Assembly (NCBI RefSeq): GCF_006345805.1
Contig: NW_021834834.1
Location: forward strand, 1-45,086
DNA length: 45,086 nt
Origin: Octopus sinensis
Taxonomy: Eukaryota
Direction of reading: 5' to 3'
The notes under the pieces are model-generated. The model saw only the letters and a list, made by a program, of their open reading frames with translations. It was not told the origin of the DNA and made no database searches. A program made the translations under genes and the position numbers. Of the stretch, positions 21,386 through 35,302 are shown in pieces; position 1 is the stretch's first letter; every line of letters starts with the position of its first letter.

Positions 21386-24300
21386 GGCCTGAAGATACAA
21401 GACATTCTCTTGCACCTGTTGAAGATAGCCAGGAAAATGATAAAACAACAGTAACTGAAGATCTCGCATTTGCTGAAGAACACAGAGAGTCTATGGCAGA
21501 AATGAGGCAGAAAATCCTGAATACGCTTGAAGTTGTAAGACATACAAGTATGAATGATAGAGAACCGCTTCATAAACTCTCAAATACAAACCAAAATAAA
21601 AAACAAATCCAAATTGGCAACTATGTAACAAATGAAATAATACGAGAATTAAAACCTGATTTTACTGAGTTAAATGAAATTATTTACGCTTCTGCTAGGG
21701 CAATTGAAACCAGCTGTATGCCCCCGAAAAAACAAAGAAAAGCAAACCTGGAAAGAAATCAAACCTGGAGAAGTAAAATTGAAAAAGAGATTGAATTTAT
21801 GAGAGGGGAAATATCAATATTAAATGAACTAATATGTGGAAATGATGTAAGATCCAGAACAGGAAGAAAGCTGAAGAGAAAATTTGGATCCTCACCAAGA
21901 GAAGAACTGATATCAATAAAAGAAACGCTGAAACAAAAAGTCCAAGCAAAAGCCCAAAGAATACGAAGATTTGAGAAAAGAAACAAGTTTTACAAGCAAA
22001 ATAAGCTGTTCACATCCAATGCCAAAAAATTCTACAGAGAAACAGGGAAGGAGAAAGTAACCGTTGAAGACCCCCCTCCCATGGAAGAAGTTCAAAACAT
22101 TTGGAAAAAGATTTGGAGTGACAAGAAGACGTACAACATAAATGCAGACTGGATTATACAAACTGAAGGATCCTACCAAAATTTACAACAACAAGCATGG
22201 GAAGACATCACAATAGCAGACCTAAGAAAGGCCCATAATTGGAAATCCCCCGGTAAAGATAGGGTGCCGAATTTCTGGCTCGCATCGCTCCCATGCGCAC
22301 ACGGTAAGCTAGTTCAGCTGCTCAATCGAATTATGAGAGACCCAAAGAAGACACCTGAATGGTTAGCAAGTGGTATTACTTACCTACTCCCAAAGAATAA
22401 GGAAACCAACCATCCAAAAAAATATCGGCCTATAACCTGTCTATCCACCACGTATAAAATCCTAACATCTATCCTGGCGGAGAAAACATATGCATTCATG
22501 GAGAAGAACTATATTTTCCCCATCGAACAAAAAGGGTGCCGCCGAGGCATTCATGGAGAAGAACTATATTTTCCCCATTGAACAAAAAGGGTGCCGCCGA
22601 GGCTCTTACGGATGCAAAGATCAACTGCTAATTAATCGTATGATCCTTGAGAACTGTCACAACAAGCGCAGAAATCTCAGCTCCGCATGGATTGACTATA
22701 AAAAGGCCTTCGACAATATACCGCATCCATGGATCTTGAGATCGCTGGACACCTTCAAAATTTCCCCTGTGATTTCAAACTTCCTGAAGCACAAAAAGTC
22801 GTTGTGGAATACGAATCTCCAATTATACCACTCTAATGGAGTACTTGCCTCAGAAAATATAAACATCAACTGTGGAATTTTTCAAGGTGACTCACTTTCA
22901 CCTTTAATATTCTGTATAGCCCTAATACCCCTTACAAGTGAATTAAACAGAACAGCGTATGGGTATAAAATTGCCAATAAAAAAATAAGCCATCTGTTTT
23001 ATATGGATGACTTAAAACTCTATGGTAAAGACAATAATGAACTTGAAGGCCTAATGCGCACTGTGAAATCATTCAGCGATGACATCGGGATGGAGTTTGG
23101 ACTTGAGAAGTGTGCCAAGGCCACTTTCCAGAAAGGGAATGTGAACACCACAAATTCAGTCGTGTTAGATGTTGACACAGTCATTAGAGAGCTTGAGCAA
23201 GAACAAACATACACATATTTAGGGATAAATGAAGGCTCTGGTATTCAGCATGCAAGTATGAAAGAGAAGATCAGGAAGGAATGTTATAGGAGAGTTCGTG
23301 CAGTCCTGAAATCCGAACTAATGCACGTAACAAGGTGTTAGCTATAAATTCCTTAGCAGTTCCAGTTGTTACTTATAGCTACAATGTGTTGAACTGGAAT
23401 ATGAGTGAAGTAAAGAATATAGATAGGAAAATACGCAAGCTGCTGAGTTGTAATAGGATGCACCACCCAAAGGCAGACGTAGATCGCCTTTACCTTCCCA
23501 GAGCCCAAGGAGGTCGAGGCCTGATCCAATTTGAACTAGCTTACAAAACAACCACAATTGGACTGGCCAAATATCTCGAAATAACGAATGACTGGATGCT
23601 AAAGCTCGTGGAAAATCATGAGAGACGAAAGAAGCTTCATTCTATCATAAAGGAAAGCAAAAGATTTGCTATTGATCTCGTGCAGGATACCCAAACTGAA
23701 CAACCCGAGGGAAGTACGGCAACTATTGTTGCAAAGAAGGTAAAAATAATGGCAACGAAAAAAGCGCACGAGCAATTGGCTGATAGGTGGGAGGAGAAAC
23801 CTCTGCACGGCAAATATGTGCCCCGCAGCAAACAAGCTGAAGTTGACCAGAAGCAAACCCATCAGTGGCTACGGAGCTCAGGGCTAAAAGCAGAGAGCGA
23901 AGGCTTCATCCTGGCTGCTCAAGATCAAAGCCTATTAACCCGGAACTACCAGGCCAATGTGATGAAAAATGGAACAGACCCAAAATGCCGATTCTGCAAC
24001 GACATGATTGAAACAGTGGACCACCTAATCTCTGGATGTAAAGTCTTAGCACCAGTGGAGTATAAACTAAGACATGACAGAGTTGGCCAATATCTACACT
24101 GGCTAATAAGTCGGCATTACAATATCAAAACTGCCGACAAGTGGTATAATCACCACCCTGAAGCTGTAACTGAAGGAGAAAATGTAACCATTCTGTGGGA
24201 CTTTCCAGTACATACAGACCGAACCATCAAGGCCAATAAACCAGATATTGTTGTGAAAGACCAACACAATAAAGTTTGCTTATTGATCGACATGAGCATC

Positions 24301-24726
24301 CCCTGTGATCATAATATCTCAGCGAAAGAGTTTGACAAGCTCAGAAAATATAAAGACCTACTCATTGAAATTGAGAAAATGTGGCATCTCAAGGCGATTA
24401 CAATACCAGTGATCGTAGGAGCACTAGGAATGATCAAGAAGGGAACCGAAAATTATATGAGAATGATCCCTGGCTTACCATCCCTGCAAGAAGTGCAAAA
24501 GATTGTCTTAACTGGTACATCACACGTATTGAGAAGAGCATTGTCGATGTGAGAACTGTTGCTGCTCATGTATTTTAATTTAACTTAAAAAAAAAAATTT
24601 TTTTTAATGACCGAACTAGTCTGGTTTAATGGCCTACCAATGTATACTATGAGTTTCTTTGCTCTAGGAGTCGGGAAGAGACTCGGCAAGAAATAGAAAC
24701 AAATTTGAAAGAAGAAAAAAAAAATA
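21383..24726 (+). mobile_element. Near-intact Dong/R4-clade RLE retrotransposon; subfamily B
   Basis: ORFs 21493-22581, 22490-23341 and 23335-24552 join into one RT-zinc knuckle-RLE polyprotein: KSPGKDRVPNFW, YRPITCL, GIFQGDSLSP, YMDDLKL, CRFC..ETVDHL.SGC, RHD, ANKPDI..IDMSIP..K..KY; A-rich 3' end. Confidence 0.92.
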
Positions 24727-24739
24727 TTGATCCTGTCTA

Positions 24740-25078
24740 CTGGAAGCACAAGGACAAGTCCATTACATCGATCCCAGTGTGTAACTGGTACTTAAATTAT
24801 CGTCCCCGAAAGGATGAAAGGCAAAGTCGACCTCGGCGGAATTTGAACTCAGAACGTAAAGACAAACGAAATATCTATTTCTTTACTACTCACAAGGGGC
24901 TAAACACAGAGAGGACAAACATGGACAGACAAACGGATTAAGTCGATTATATCGATCCCAGTGTGTAACTGGTACTTAATCGACTCCGAAAGAATGAAAG
25001 GCAATGTTGACCTCGGTGGAATTTGAACTCAGAACGTAACTGCAGACGAAATACTGCTAAGCGTTTCGCCCGGCGTAC
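24740..25078 (-). mobile_element. Two stacked SINE fragments followed by (AAC)n (paralog 35905-36265)
   Basis: Two consecutive gaaagg..gacctcgg.ggaatttgaactcagaacgta blocks. Confidence 0.7.
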
Positions 25079-25079
25079 C

Positions 25080-25118
<39 letters not shown>

Positions 25119-25524
25119 AATAATTAAGTGAATATCAAATATATATTGCGCGTGTTTCATTGGCAACAGACGACCATCTCCAATTAGAAGAATTTCTGTT
25201 TTAACACCCAATTTCAAAAATGCATGAACGAAATAATATTAAATATTAAGTAGAAATATTCCGCCGAGGTTGTCTTGGCCTTTTATCCTTTCGGGGTCGA
25301 TGAAATCAATATCAGTTATGTACTGGGGTCGATGTAATCAACTTACTCCCTCTCCCGAAATTGCTGGTGTTGTGCCAAAATTTGAAATCAATGTGTAGGA
25401 GAAATAAAACAAAACACAGCATTACTCACTAATGGACACCATGTTAATGGTTTTAGCAAATTATAAAGTGAACGGCTTGGAGAGTGTTTCATCTTTTTGC
25501 GTGTTTCCTTGGATTCAATCTGTG

Positions 25525-25905
25525 TAGGTGGGCATGTTTAGGCGCGGCTGTGTGGTAAGACGCTTGCTTCCAAATCTGGTTTCGGGTTCAGTTCCACTGC
25601 GTGGCACACTGCGCACATGTCTTCTACTGTAGCCATTGGACTCTCAAAATCCTCAGGAGTGGATTTGGTAGATGGAAACGGAAAGAAGCCCATTGTGACT
25701 ATTCTTTCACTTGTTTCAGTCATTTGACTGCGGCCATGTTGGAGCTCCTCCTTTAGTCGAAGAAATCGACCCTTGGACTTAATCTTTGTAAGCCTAGTAC
25801 TTATTCTATCAGTTTTTTTTTCCAGAACCGCGAGGTTAGAGGGACGTAAACACACCAACATCGGTTATCAAGGGATGGTGGAGGGAAAAATATAGACACA
25901 CAAAT
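25525..25905 (+). mobile_element. tRNA-derived SINE (paralog 36706-37075)
   Basis: ggcgcggctgtgtggtaaga..gggttcagttccactgcgtggcac..gtggatttggtagatggaaac..catttgactgcggccatg. Confidence 0.75.
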
Positions 25906-25923
25906 ACACACAGACACACACAT

Positions 25924-26070
25924 ACGACGGTCTTATTTGAGTTTCCAACTATGAAATCCACTCACAAGGCTTTGGTCGGCCCTTGGCTATAGTAGAAGAC
26001 ACTCAGCCAAGGTGTCTCGCAAAGGGACTGAACCCGGAACCATGTGTTTCTTACACTACAGCCACTCCTG
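25924..26070 (-). mobile_element. tRNA-derived SINE head/core (paralog ~37085-37230)
   Basis: Same family motif (aaatccactcacaaggctttggtcggccc...gggactgaacccggaaccatgtg). Confidence 0.7.
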
Positions 26071-26654
26071 TGCCTATATATGTCTGTCTGTATGTATCAG
26101 TGTGTGTGTGTGTCCTTGTGTCCGTGTTTGTCCCACCTCTTGACGACCTGTGTTGGTTTGTTTACGTTCCGGTAACTTAGCGATTCACCAAAATACTCCA
26201 ATAAAATAAGTACAAGGCTTAAAAAATAAAGTACAGAGATCAATTAGTTCGACTCAAAACTTCTCAAACCAGTGGCATCTTTATATATACACATAATCCT
26301 TTCCGAGCCATGTTCGTTGAAGCAATTGTTCGTTACACAAGTAATTGAAATTCATACAAATAGAAGAAATCCGTTTCATGCCACTCCCCAAAGCCACATA
26401 AAAGTATATATTATACCTTAGCGTTCATACAAAAGAAAATCATGTAAAAGGTCGTATGTGGTGTGATTGCTCAGTTTGGTTTATCACTAAAACACCGGCT
26501 TGAACAGAAAAATGTGGTGCAGAAATTGTGTATCAAAGGTGATATGAAGTGGTTGATCATTGAGCGGAGGGACATAAATTATAACAGATAATGATCAAGC
26601 AAAACATTTAGCGTTATTCAAGGACATTTATTTTATAATTTATAATATAAGTAT

Positions 26655-27020
26655 AGGTGCAGGAGTGGCTGTTTAGTAAGTAGCGTGCTTACCAATCACA
26701 TGGTTCGGGGTTCAGTCCCACTGCGTGGCACCTTGGGAAAATGCGTACTACCATAGCCTCGGGCCGACCAAAGTCTTGTGAGTGGATCTGGAAGACGGAA
26801 AATGAAATAAGCCCATCATGGGTGTGTGTGAGTTTGTGTGTTTGTGTTTGTCCACCAACATCGCTTGACAACCGATGTTGGTGAATTTACGTCCTCGTAA
26901 TTTAGTGTTTCAGCAAAGGAGACACATAGAATGAGTACAAGGCTTATAAATAATAAGTTCGATTAAAAAGGTGGTGCTACAGCATGGCCTCAGTGAAATG
27001 GCTGAAACAAATAAAAGAAC
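26655..27020 (+). mobile_element. tRNA-derived SINE (paralog ~37815-38180)
   Basis: gcaggagtggctgt.tagtaag...gggttcagtcccactgcgtggcacc. Confidence 0.75.
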
Positions 27021-27789
27021 TGTGCAGAGTGGTTACAAATATGCACAAAGTCTCTTAGAGCTGTTTCTAGAATAGCTAAGCATGTTATTGAGTAAAGAAT
27101 TCCATCTGAGCAAATCATTCCGTTATTGGAGAAAGAAGAAGAAGAAAATGCAGAAATGCATAATATCCTTTATCGAGGATATTATTCGTTACCAGTCTTT
27201 TGGGAAACCATGGAATTCTCAGATAAATGTGTTGGGTATTTTCGTGATCGAAGAGTTAGTAAAGTTTCTATGAAAGTCCCTGGCAAAGGATAATGGAAGT
27301 TATCAGTTGCATCTTTGAATAGAAAGTGAATCAGATTTGGAAGGCCTTGGAAGAGTCTATTATTTGGCGAATGAGAAACATATGAGAGTATATAGAGATT
27401 AGTCTATATAGTGAGGGTGTGTTTGACTTGGGGGTTAAGGGGATGCATGTATACACGCACATACATACAGAGAGAGACATATATATATATATTTACACGC
27501 ACTAACATATGCACACACACAGACACACACACATACACACATATGCAGTGACATATTCCCATTGATATACACGCAGTCAGATACACACAATTACGCGGCC
27601 ATACATACACATCCATACGTATGAGTTTAGAAATGGACAGATAAATGTCTGTTTGCACGCACAGACACACCCACATACAAATTCTCGCATAGTCATCGTA
27701 TATAATTATAGAGAGTTAAATTTAATTAAGTGAGTAGAGGAGAGAGAGAGATGGTAAATTGATAGGAGAGGATTGTTTAGTAATGTAAT

Positions 27790-29548
27790 TAAGGACGAGT
27801 AAAAGCAGATGTATAAACACCTGTCGCTTCATTGTATATTTGACTACCAATGTGGGCCAGAGTGATTAAATCGCCAAACAAGAAATACCCAGGACCGGAT
27901 GGGGTACAAGGATATTGGCTGAAAATTTCCCCAGCACTACACAGAAGAATAGCCAAGCAAATATATAAAATGAACAACAACGGGGTACAGATCCCAAAGA
28001 GACTGACAACAAGTAAAACAATTCTTTGCCAAAAGAATCCCAACAAAGCAATGCAGTGGATAATCACCGGCCAATCACCTGTTTGCCCCTGATGTGGAAG
28101 CTGATGACAGGAAAAATATCTAATTAGGTGTATGATTTCCTGGAAATTAATTACAAAGCACCAGTGGAACAGAAAGGTTACAGAAAGAAAAGCCAAGGGA
28201 CACTTACAGACTAATATGGTTTCAGAAAGGAAAATGAAAAGGGAGAAATTGTCTGTAAGCAACTGCACACGATCAGGCATTCATAACTAACTACATAAAA
28301 GCCAAAATAGACAAAAACCAGGCAAATTCCCAATGTAGAGACTTTTAACATGAATTCACACAGAAAACATTTAGAATCAACTTGACAACAAGAATTTGTT
28401 ACCAGAAAAAACTGAAATGTTTGCAGAAAGAAGGCTTGAGGAACGCACGATCTATTACACACAGAGAAAGCAGTTCTAAAATCGAGAATGCAAACTTCAA
28501 CGGTATAAAAATCATATGGCATGATACAACACTCACGGATAAGTGAATATTTGAGTATATTCAGTATTGCAGACAACACAAGAGACTTAATTAGTTACAG
28601 CAATAGTGCAAAGAATTGGAAAGTATATCTCTACTCAGGTGACACTGCCTTAGGGAAAGTTAATATCAGGTGAGGAATTCTCCAGGTAGACTCGTTACCT
28701 CCTTTAATAGTTGTTTTATGCTTAGCTGTCGTCAATTTAGTACTACTAAAGGCAAAGTCAGGGTATCAGTTTAGAGATGTTAAAAGAAATATTAATCATT
28801 TGCTCAAGATGGACGATTAGAAGCTTTTTGGTTCCTTAATACGAATTGTAAGACACTTCAGCAAAGATATAGGCATGGAATTTGGCATAGATATGTGCGC
28901 GACACAAGTCATAAGAAGGGGACAGGTAGTCAGCAGTGAAGGCCAGATAGCAAGAGAGTAATATTACTGAAGGCAGAGAATCATAAGTGCTTCGGAGTAT
29001 TAGAATCTGAGAGTGTACTAACAATGGAAATAGATAAGGAGTACATCGGAAGGGTGAAGAAGCTAATGAAGGGAAAGCTTAGTGTTCTAAATCTAGTAAA
29101 GGTTGTAAAAACTTTGGGAAGTATGGTTACTTCGGTATTCAGCAGATTTTGTTGATTGGAAAAGATCTCAATTTGCAAATCTTGACAGAAGGACGAGGAA
29201 GGAATTCGATATGAATGGAGGACTTCAGCCTCGATTAGGAAGAGCAAGATTGCACTTACTTAGAATAACGAAGGTGGGTGAGGTTTAATATCAGCAGAAA
29301 GTAGCGTAGAGTTAGCTAGAATTGATATATATAATAGTGAATAAAATTTATGATTTGCCTGAGTTATAGTAGGAGATAGGAAAGGAAAAGCCAAATGAAA
29401 TTAAAACCAGAAAAAAAGTAGGAAGATAATCTAACTGACAAGAGAATGTATGGCATGGTCGATTGGCAAAGATAGTTGCAGGAAATAGTAATAGTGAGAC
29501 ATGGTTATTGTTGCTGAAAGGAAGCTGAAAAGGGAGACAGAGTTTCTA
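27790..29548 (+). pseudogene. Old, heavily decayed Dong/R4-type RT fragment (subfamily C)
   Basis: KYPGPDGVQGYWLK..., [36 protein letters not shown], and a C-terminal KRETE; many stops and frameshifts. Confidence 0.75.
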
Positions 29549-30734
29549 AGCAAAAATTAATTGTGAGGTCGAACTTATATTTCGGAGAGATCTATGAAAA
29601 TTAACATCCACATCATGTGATGCATTACAATAATTATTGCAAATATTGGTTTCAGGACTAATGAATGTCCATTACTTGTATATTTGCGCTATCAGCCCTA
29701 TCGTAAGCATTTGAGTCAATGATATTCCATTGTCTCACACCCTACCGACTTAACCACGGAAAGAACACAACACACTTTGCGATGTAATTGAATCGACGGG
29801 ATGATCATGACCGAAACGCCTCTGATCATAGTCTTGTCATCATTGAACAACAAGCATTCTTTACAAACAACTGAAAAATATTCTGGGAAACGAGGAAAAT
29901 TCGTCGGGTTTGCATTTTAGTAACTAGAGAGATGAGATCGTGTCTTTGAACAGATATCGCCATCCCAATAATCGATAAAAACAATGGGGTTTGTTTTAGA
30001 AATGCGTCAAGTAGATAAGAATATTCTCTGGGTGTTGCAGGACATATGAAAAATAAAGTTTTGGTAATATAATAAAAGTCGAGAACACATGAAATCGTGG
30101 ATAAGGGAGCTACTCACGATTACAAGGTCGTGATTTCAGATACAGGACCGAGAGATGTATTGTGCGCAGAACACTTCATCTCATGTTGCACAGCGACCAT
30201 TTCAACACTTGACTTGTAGGGATGGTGACTAGCTGGAAAATGGATTTATTTTCCGGATATTAAAGAATTTCAGCCAATCACATACATCAAGGGAAAATAC
30301 TGCCACTCACGGTTTAAAAAATAATTAGAGAATGATTACAACAGGGTATTTCATTCAGTATGCTTTTCGGATAGCAGCTGGAACGGGAGACTAAAAACTT
30401 ATATGAGGCAATAGAATATTCAGATAAGTGGATAAAACTTTTTTAATTTCTGTCAAAAATTTGGAGCCGGCGTTATAAAGATAACTAAATTTTTGTTTTA
30501 TTTTAAGATTTATCATTTTATATACACACACATATATATGATTTATTTTTCCATCTCTCTCTATCTTTCTATAATTATGCAACTTAATAGAATAACGTTG
30601 TTCCTGACGGTCATTTGTCGGTGAGCATTTGGTTCCAAGCAACCATAACGTTGTTACACGCACGTAAGAAATATTAGTTAAACATTTGATTGTCCTGTTC
30701 ATCCTGTTTATAGACGTCTACATAAACACACATG

Positions 30735-31235
30735 CATAGGCGTGGCTAGTTGGTAAGAAACTTGCTCCGCAAGCACATAGGTCCAGGTTTCATTTCACTG
30801 CATGGCAACCTGTGAAAGTGTCTTCTACTATAACCTCGGGCCGAGCAAAGACTTGTGAGTGGGTATTGTAGACGTACCCGAAGGAAGTCCGTTATATATA
30901 TATATATATTATATATACATATGTGTGTGTGAGTGTGTCTGTGAGTGTATATGTGGTGCGCGCGCGCGCGTGTGTGTGTGAGTGTGTGTGTGTGTGTGTT
31001 TACCTGTGCGTGTGTGTCTGTGTGACTATGTTTGCTTCCCGTTCACAGCTTGAGAGCAGGTCTTTCACTCCCGCCTTAACATAGCTGTTCGGCAAAAGCG
31101 ACCAATAAAATATGTACCAGGCTTACAAAAATTAAGCCCATATTTAATTTCTTCGGCTCTTCGGCTTAAAGGCTTTTCAGGTGGCACTCCAGCAAGGCCG
31201 CAGTCAAATGACTTAAACAAGTAAAAGAATTAAAG
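30735..31235 (+). mobile_element. tRNA-derived SINE split by a (TA)/(TG) microsatellite (paralog ~41630-42115)
   Basis: Head ggcgtggctagttggtaagaa.. at 30739; tail gtggcactccagcaaggccgcagtcaaatgac at ~31180. Confidence 0.65.
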
Positions 31236-31354
31236 AGAATACTCATTTTATATGTGTGTGTAGATCTCTGAATGCGTATGAATATTTTTATATATATATA
31301 TACAAATATGTGTGATCGTGTGCGTGTGTGTGTGTATGTGCATGTGTGTGTGTA

Positions 31355-32486
31355 TGTGTGTGTATGTTAAAAGCCGAACACTTGTGCATGTACTCACACA
31401 CACAGATGCACATAGATGCCCACATATACATTAATATATATATATATACATTAATATAAATATATATATATATATATATACGCAAACGTACTCAGACAAT
31501 CTAAAATGTTTTGTGTATATGGAATAATAATAAATTGGTATGCGGATGCTCAAGTGAACAACGTAGGGAATTAGTACAGTCTTTACCCTCTAGTACCTGC
31601 ATCTGCTGTGTGAGTCCAGCGGCAAGTTACACAGGGTAAATTGGACGCCCCTAAACATTCGAGGGTATGCTGTACTTGAGATAACCCATGTACATGAAAG
31701 TTACAATATGCTAAACACACATGGACAGTAAACCACGTAGAATATCACTTTCATTCTTCTGCTAGTAGCAGAATAATTCAGTCCTAGATGTCATTTAATA
31801 AATTGATGGTTTATCTTGATAGTAAGGTCAGACTTATATTTCGGAAAGATCTACGAAAATTAACTTCCATATCATGTGATATATTACAATAATGAATGTA
31901 GATGTAGGTTTCTGAACTAATGAATGTCCATTACTTGAACATTTGCGCTATCAGCCCTATCGTAAGCATTTGAGTCAATGATATTCCATTGTCTCACACC
32001 CTACCGACTTAACCACGGAAAGAACACAATACACATTGTAAGTAAAACGACGGGATGATCATGACCGAAACGCCTCTGATCCTAGTCTTGTCATCAGTGA
32101 ACAACAAGCATCCTTTACAACCAACTGAAATATATTCTGTGAAACGAGGAAAATTCGTCGGGTTTGCATTTTAGTAACTAGAGAGATGAGGTCGTTTTTT
32201 GAGCAGATATCGCCATCCCAATAATCGATCAAAAACTTATATGAGGCCATAGAATATTCAGATAAGTGGATAAAACTTATTTAATTTCTGACGGTAATTT
32301 GTCGGTGAGCATTTGGTTCCAAGCAACCATAACACCCTCCGTAACATAGCGGATCGGCAAAAGTCACCAATAAAATAACACATAGAAACATATAGACACA
32401 CACACGCACATATATATACATATTTACGACGGGCTTCTTTCAGTTTCTGTCTACCAATCCACTCACAGGGCTTTACCCCTATATAT

Positions 32487-32537
<51 letters not shown>

Positions 32538-34582
32538 AACAAACGTATATAATTGCACACATTCACATACACAAACACACACAGGTACACTTACACACAC
32601 ACACATACAAGCACATATATTTGTGCGTGTTTGTGTATGTATATATATCCCGATGCATTTTTATATAACCATATATGATTATATATGACACCGCGTAGCA
32701 ATTCTTTGTCCTGAAATCCTAGATTGCCGCTCATATAATGTTGTCTCTGGCTTAGGTAGAATGCCAGTGGTTGTTGTTTTGTGGGGGGAGTGGTAGTCAA
32801 ATAATTGGACTTCAGCACCTCTGAGAAATGAAAGGCAAAGGGGACTTCGGCGGAAAAGGAACTCAGAACGCTAATATCCGACAGAAACGCTGCAAAGCAA
32901 TTTGTAAATTTGTGTACAGGCATTGTGTACAGACATTGCCGACTATTTTGCTTGGATATTCTTGTTTAATATTATCTTTTTAATTTAAGCTCTAAACCTT
33001 TTAACTGTAAAACTTATTTTTCTCATTCGAAAGTCCTACGGGGACGGGAAGGTGACGAAGCATTCAGATCTGAGGAGTTTACAAGCATGTATTTAGTGGT
33101 CTACACACAAGTGTCCTATGGGTTTTTGGTTGCATGTGTACTTAAGCAATTGAATTCAAGGAAAACCCTGCTCACCTAGAGACCGGAGACAATGCTATAT
33201 AACTAAATGGATCGGAAGATGACGACCGGATGTCCTCTGATCATAGCTTTACTCAATCAGGAAACATTGGCTTGTGACGCAGATATATTTATAATGTTTT
33301 CCGTCAAACACCTGGAAATAGCTGCGAAATCTCTTTCCAATCACACACTCTTATTTTACACAATGGAGGACATGGTTGCTAATGTTGGAATAAAAAAAAT
33401 TTAGTTGGTTGTAGTTGGAATGCCTTTGTGCAAAATTACGAACAGGGCAAACAACAACGTCGACAACAACACCCTAAGTAAAACACAACAAAAACAATCA
33501 AACAAAGATATGTACCTAAAATTGGCCTCGGTCTCAGACTTTGTATCACCACATCAAACTCTGAAATTTTCTGCGTCAGACTTTCTATCATTACATGATA
33601 CAACGCCATATCGTTAGCTGACAAGAGACATCTCTTAGGAGTAACGCTCAGATCATTTTGGGGTTCCATGAAAATTCAGTGGGTGTTGCTTCAGGAAAAC
33701 GCCTAGTAGATAAGAAGGATTTCTGGGATGCTGTTACACCTATGTCATATAACATGTTAAATAATATAATTGGTGTCCAAGGCAAATGACCACGCTCATA
33801 ACGGTGTTACATTCGCGATAGCGAGATCGCGGTTTCAATTCCCGTAAAGGGAATTGTATTAAGTTATTAAGCAAATCACCTCATCTTATATTACTTTGCG
33901 TTGTGTAGAAATGGTGAATTTCTTGAAAATGGATTAATTTTCCGGATATTAAAGTACAGCGAATAACATACATCGACAGAAAATACTGACACTGCCGTTA
34001 AAAAAACACATAACGGGTCATAACAAATGTGTACTTCGGTCAGAATTCTAATCCGATACAAGCCGCAAAATGAAACAATAAACTTTCATGAGGTAATAGA
34101 ATATTCAGATAAGTGGAGAAACCTTTTCTAATTTCTGTAAAAATTTAAAACTGAAGTCATATTTGAAACCGGCATTGTAAATGTAAATCAATTTTTGCTA
34201 CTTTCCTGTAAATATTTAAAATTAATATTTATACACACACATATCTACACTGGCGAAATTCAATTTAAGACCGATGATAATAGTCCTATTTCTAACAAAA
34301 TATTTTGTTACTAAGACCATACAAATTATTTCTATGTTTTACACCTTATGGAGACTTTATTTCTCTTTCTAATGATGCAGACAATATCTATTTTTATACA
34401 ACTTGAAGAATGCATGAAAGTACTAGTTCAATCAGAGTGGATATTTGATATTCTATCGCTTCATTATGTTATCTTATCTTATCATATATTATTATAAGAT
34501 TGTAAATAAATCATGAAAATCAAAGTTGGAATTTCTTTCAGTAATATATTCTTCTATACACAATCATACACACCTGTGTATA

Positions 34583-34627
<45 letters not shown>

Positions 34628-35181
34628 ATATTATTGCTTACAATAATATCAAGTGGCAAGCATGCGTAAAAAATCCCATAAGGTAAAGCATCATTAAGTA
34701 AGGATTAGAGATCCTACAAGCAGCACCAGCACACTAAAAATAGCAGCACGAAGAGAGAGAGAGAGTGAGAGAGGAAGAGAGAAAGACAGAAGGAGGGAAA
34801 AAGAGAGAGAAAAAGAAAGTGTGGAACAAGGAGAGAGGGAAAGAAAAAAGAAAGAAAGAGAGAAAGAGAGAGAGAGATAATTCGAAAAATAATTAGACAG
34901 ATAACCAAACAGAAACTTCTATAAATAGATTGACAGACAGACAGACACACACACACACACATACACTCACACACACACTCAAACATATATAAATGGTAAA
35001 AAAAATAACGCTTTCTTTCCTCAGTCAAGTCCCACTAGTCACACATGGGAAGGTTCGATCTGGTTGCCCCCCACTAAAGTCTCTCTCTCTTTATATATAT
35101 ATGTATCATATTTTATCCTTACATTTCCACTTGTATTTTATATTTTCTTTCTTTAACATAGTTCTACTAGCTTAGATATAT

Positions 35182-35233
<52 letters not shown>

Positions 35234-35235
35234 CC

Positions 35236-35302
<67 letters not shown>

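Larger units (their letters stand above)
16925..31354. repeat. Segmental tandem array, unit 1 (~11 kb plus a 3.35-kb Dong insertion)
   Basis: Colinear with 31355-42255; for example ORF 18616 matches 33207, 24730 matches 35896, and ORF 27082 matches 38245. Confidence 0.9.

Noticed and set aside
27040-27390. Coding-like stretch (ORFs 27082 and 38245), possibly an RTE-like C-terminus
   Set aside because: It has stops in the best frame and no diagnostic motif; its presence in two places is explained by the array duplication.
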